Positions 61,141-64,000 of a stretch of DNA of 64,000 bases are shown here, piece after piece. The translations under genes were made by a program, and so were the position numbers. Numbering within the stretch: the first letter of the stretch is position 1; every line of letters begins with the position of its first letter. The DNA lies in assembly GCF_964213995.1 (NCBI RefSeq), contig NW_027590117.1:4030001-4094000 (forward strand), read 5' to 3'. The stretch is from Mustelus asterias. Its lineage: Eukaryota. The notes under the pieces are model-generated. The model saw only the letters and a program-made list of their open reading frames with translations. It did not search any database and was not told where the DNA came from.

Positions 61141-63379
61141 AGGGGTAACATTTTCCACTCTCCAAACTGCTGAGACTGTTAAAGAATGTAGACAATGTTG
61201 GATCCATTCTTCCCATTGCCACTTCCTTTCGTATCCTGTGATGTAGATTATTGGGCCTTGGAGATTTTTCAGCCCTCAGTCCCATTAATTTCTCCAGCAC
61301 TATATATTTTAGTAATATTAAATCCCCCCAATTTCTAGACCATGGTTCCCGAGCATTGCTGGGAAGTTATTTGTGTGTTCCTCCATGAAGACAGCATGAA
61401 AACACTTATTTAATTGCGCTGCCATTACCTTGTTCTCCGTTATAAATTTGCCCATATCCGAATGCAAAGCACCTAAATTTGTCTTTGTTATATTTTTTCA
61501 CACACGAACATAAGCTTTAATAGTCCAATTGTAAGCGACTTGCAAGTTCACTCTCCTACAGCATTTTATCCCTCTAATCAATCTCTTTATCCTCCTTTCC
61601 TAAAATAAAAACTGTTCCCAATCCTTGGGATTGCAACTTTTTCTTTCAACTTTATAAAAATCATCATCAGATCTAATAATACGTAATTTTATTAGCCATG
61701 ATTAGGTCATTTTTCCTGTTATGTTTCTGCGACTGAAGGAAATGTACAACTGTTACAATGCAAGCATTTCTTCCTTAAATATCAGACACTGCCTATCCAC
61801 CTTCGTGCCCCTTCATCGAGTTTCCCAATCTATTTTAGCCAACTCACCTGTAATACATTCTGAGTTTCCTTTGTTTAGAGCTGGGACTTCAGTTTAAGCT
61901 TGGATTTGAATCTTTGTTCTGACTGAAGACAGGTGTTTCACAAAGCAGACACTCAGTCTATCCAATCTAGAGCAAACCACATTGTGAGCATTGAATGTAT
62001 TCTACCAAATTGAAACATAAAACGTTCAGATACATCAATATTTCTCCTGGCCGTATAATTAAGGTCTTGAACAATGCGTACTGATAATGGAGCTTTCCAT
62101 TTGAGAAATTCTGATATTTCTTCCTTTTTCCTCAGCCACTGATCTCCCCACTCTGTGGCTGACAGCATTCTCATCTGTGTCCGCTCTTGTCCCACACCTC
62201 TGCTCTCACCCCGTCTCTATATTCTCTGTATTATGATAATGCTTTCTCCTTTAAATTACCAACTTCTTCAATGGATTAGCTCTCAGCATTTTTATCACCT
62301 CCAGCTTGTGTGATGCTGTCACCAAACATTCCTTCCCCTCCGAATACCGCAATCTTTTCCTAACAGCTTCTACGAGTCGTTTTGACTTTCCATGGCACCT
62401 GTCAAGGTGCAGCAACAGGCCTTTTACCTCCTCTCTCCTCATCAAATACCCCCTCAATGAATCCTCCTGGACTAATCATTTAAATGTAGTGTGCTGTATT
62501 TGCTGCTCACAATGTACTCTGCTCGACATTCTGATGACAGATGCACAGATTGTGGAACATTTCCATTCAGTCCACAAGTAGCACACTATTTGTGATAATT
62601 CCGATCATTTAAAATCTGTGCTTTGCTCGCACTGATCATTCTGTCCTTGGTCTTCTCTACTGCTCCAATGGAACTCATGCACTCCTGTTGATGACACAGT
62701 GCTCACTATCTTTTCTTGTACTCTTACTATTTCCTTTAGACTGTTTGCCATTTTATGCGCGTGTGTGGCACACAATCACAAACCTCCCTTTTGGTTTTTT
62801 TTGCCATCTGCCGTTCTACGTAGCATTTTCTTAAAGTCTTCGCTCACATTTGTAACTTTCACCAGTGCTGATGAAAGGATGTTGATCTGAAAGTTTAAAC
62901 CTGGTCACTATTTACCCCCGCAGGTGCATACTTGTTGTGTACATCCAGATTTTCAAAATTAAGTTTGTACTTCCAGCATTCATATTTTTTGATGTCTGCA
63001 GGCACGTTAACAGGAGTTTTCATGGAGGTGTTCAAAATCATTGGCAGCTTTAATAGAGTAAATTAGCATAAATTGTTCCTGTTACATGAGGACACTGATT
63101 CATTATGATTTGTTAAAAAAGTAACGATATTGTGAGCAAACACATGTTAACTTACATAGGTCGCTACTTTCTGTGAATCCTGAATACGCTGTCTAAAAAA
63201 CTGGGGAATCTAATGCAACATTTTTTCAAAGAGCAGTTGGAGAAAAAACGTTTTAAAGGGCGAATTTTAGGGCATAAAGAGGAAATGGGACGGATTCGCT
63301 ACGAAATCTCTGGCAGAATTCCGATGGGTTTAAATATATTCCCATATGCTTTATTATTCCATGAAATGGTGGGCAGTGT

Positions 63380-63662
63380 AACCCAAGATGCGCCGCGAGC
63401 GTGAATACGATCTATCTCATTCAGAATGATCCGCACTGCGCTGGCGTCGGGAGGCTCCGCCCCGGAGGCCGCCTGTCTGCGCGGAGCAGCACCCGGAAGC
63501 TGAGCGGAACCGTGCAGGCGCAACAACGGCGAGTCTCAGCCGCTCTCAGAGCCCGAATCAAAGCCGCCGGCCTCGGCGGACGTGCGGCGAGGGAGCCGGG
63601 GGCGCGGCACCATGAAGCGGATGGTGCAGCGAGGCCATCCTCACCGCCCCATATGGAACAGT
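63380..63662 (+). promoter_or_regulatory. CpG island / candidate promoter and first exon
   Basis: Dense CpG, GC box ctccgcccc, ETS-like ccggaag, Kozak gcaccATG at 63612, possible donor GTGAGT at 63663. Confidence 0.4.
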
Positions 63663-63664
63663 GT

Positions 63665-64000
63665 GAGTGAGAGGAAACAGAGAGCAGTGGTTAATGGTTG
63701 TTTCTCAGACTGGAGGAAGGTTTCCAGTGGACTTCCCCAGGGCTCGGTGTTAGGAGCCCTGCTCTTCCTGATATATATTAATGACACACACCTTGGTGTA
63801 CAGGACACAAGCTCAACATTTGAGTGATATATATAAATGATTTGGAAGAAGGTGTAACTGGTGTAATCAGCAAGTTTGCGGATGACACGAAGATGGCTGG
63901 ACTTGCGGATAGCGAAGAGCATTGTCGGGCAATACAGCAGGATATAGATAGGCTGGAAAATTGGGCGGAGAGGTGGCAGATGGAGTTTAATCCGGATAAA
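63665..64000 (+). mobile_element. CR1 RT fragments (two joined pieces), continuing past the window end
   Basis: RKQRAVVNG, GLPQGSVLG, FADDTK, WQMEFN. Confidence 0.8.

Noticed and set aside
60627-61158. Cys-rich or STVPQQ-repeat ORFs
   Set aside because: Translation of a 20-bp minisatellite

Overview
Vertebrate genomic DNA, very likely shark/elasmobranch (HE1-type V-SINEs, SacSINE1/DeuSINE-like SINEs, abundant CR1). It is part of a dispersed replication-dependent histone cluster: H1, H4, H3.2, two H2A and two H2B genes, all intronless with 3' stem-loops. These lie among retroelements: CR1 LINEs, Rex1/Babar LINEs, Penelope-like elements with minimal hammerhead ribozymes, a full-length Gypsy LTR element, a Tx1 fragment, SINEs and satellites. 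There are also two decayed tRNA-Leu(TAA) copies in duplicated blocks. Most notable are (1) two copies of a ~325-nt, highly structured, A-tailed element headed by U2 snRNA nt 1-39 with a second internal U2 stem-loop; (2) an intact intronless SLIRP retrocopy head-to-head with an H2B gene; (3) a Gypsy element with no tRNA primer-binding site, whose PBS position is instead complementary to its own LTR poly(A) signal; (4) a paralogous block from which the H3 gene is missing. Family names come from motif recognition, not database searches, and repeat boundaries are approximate.
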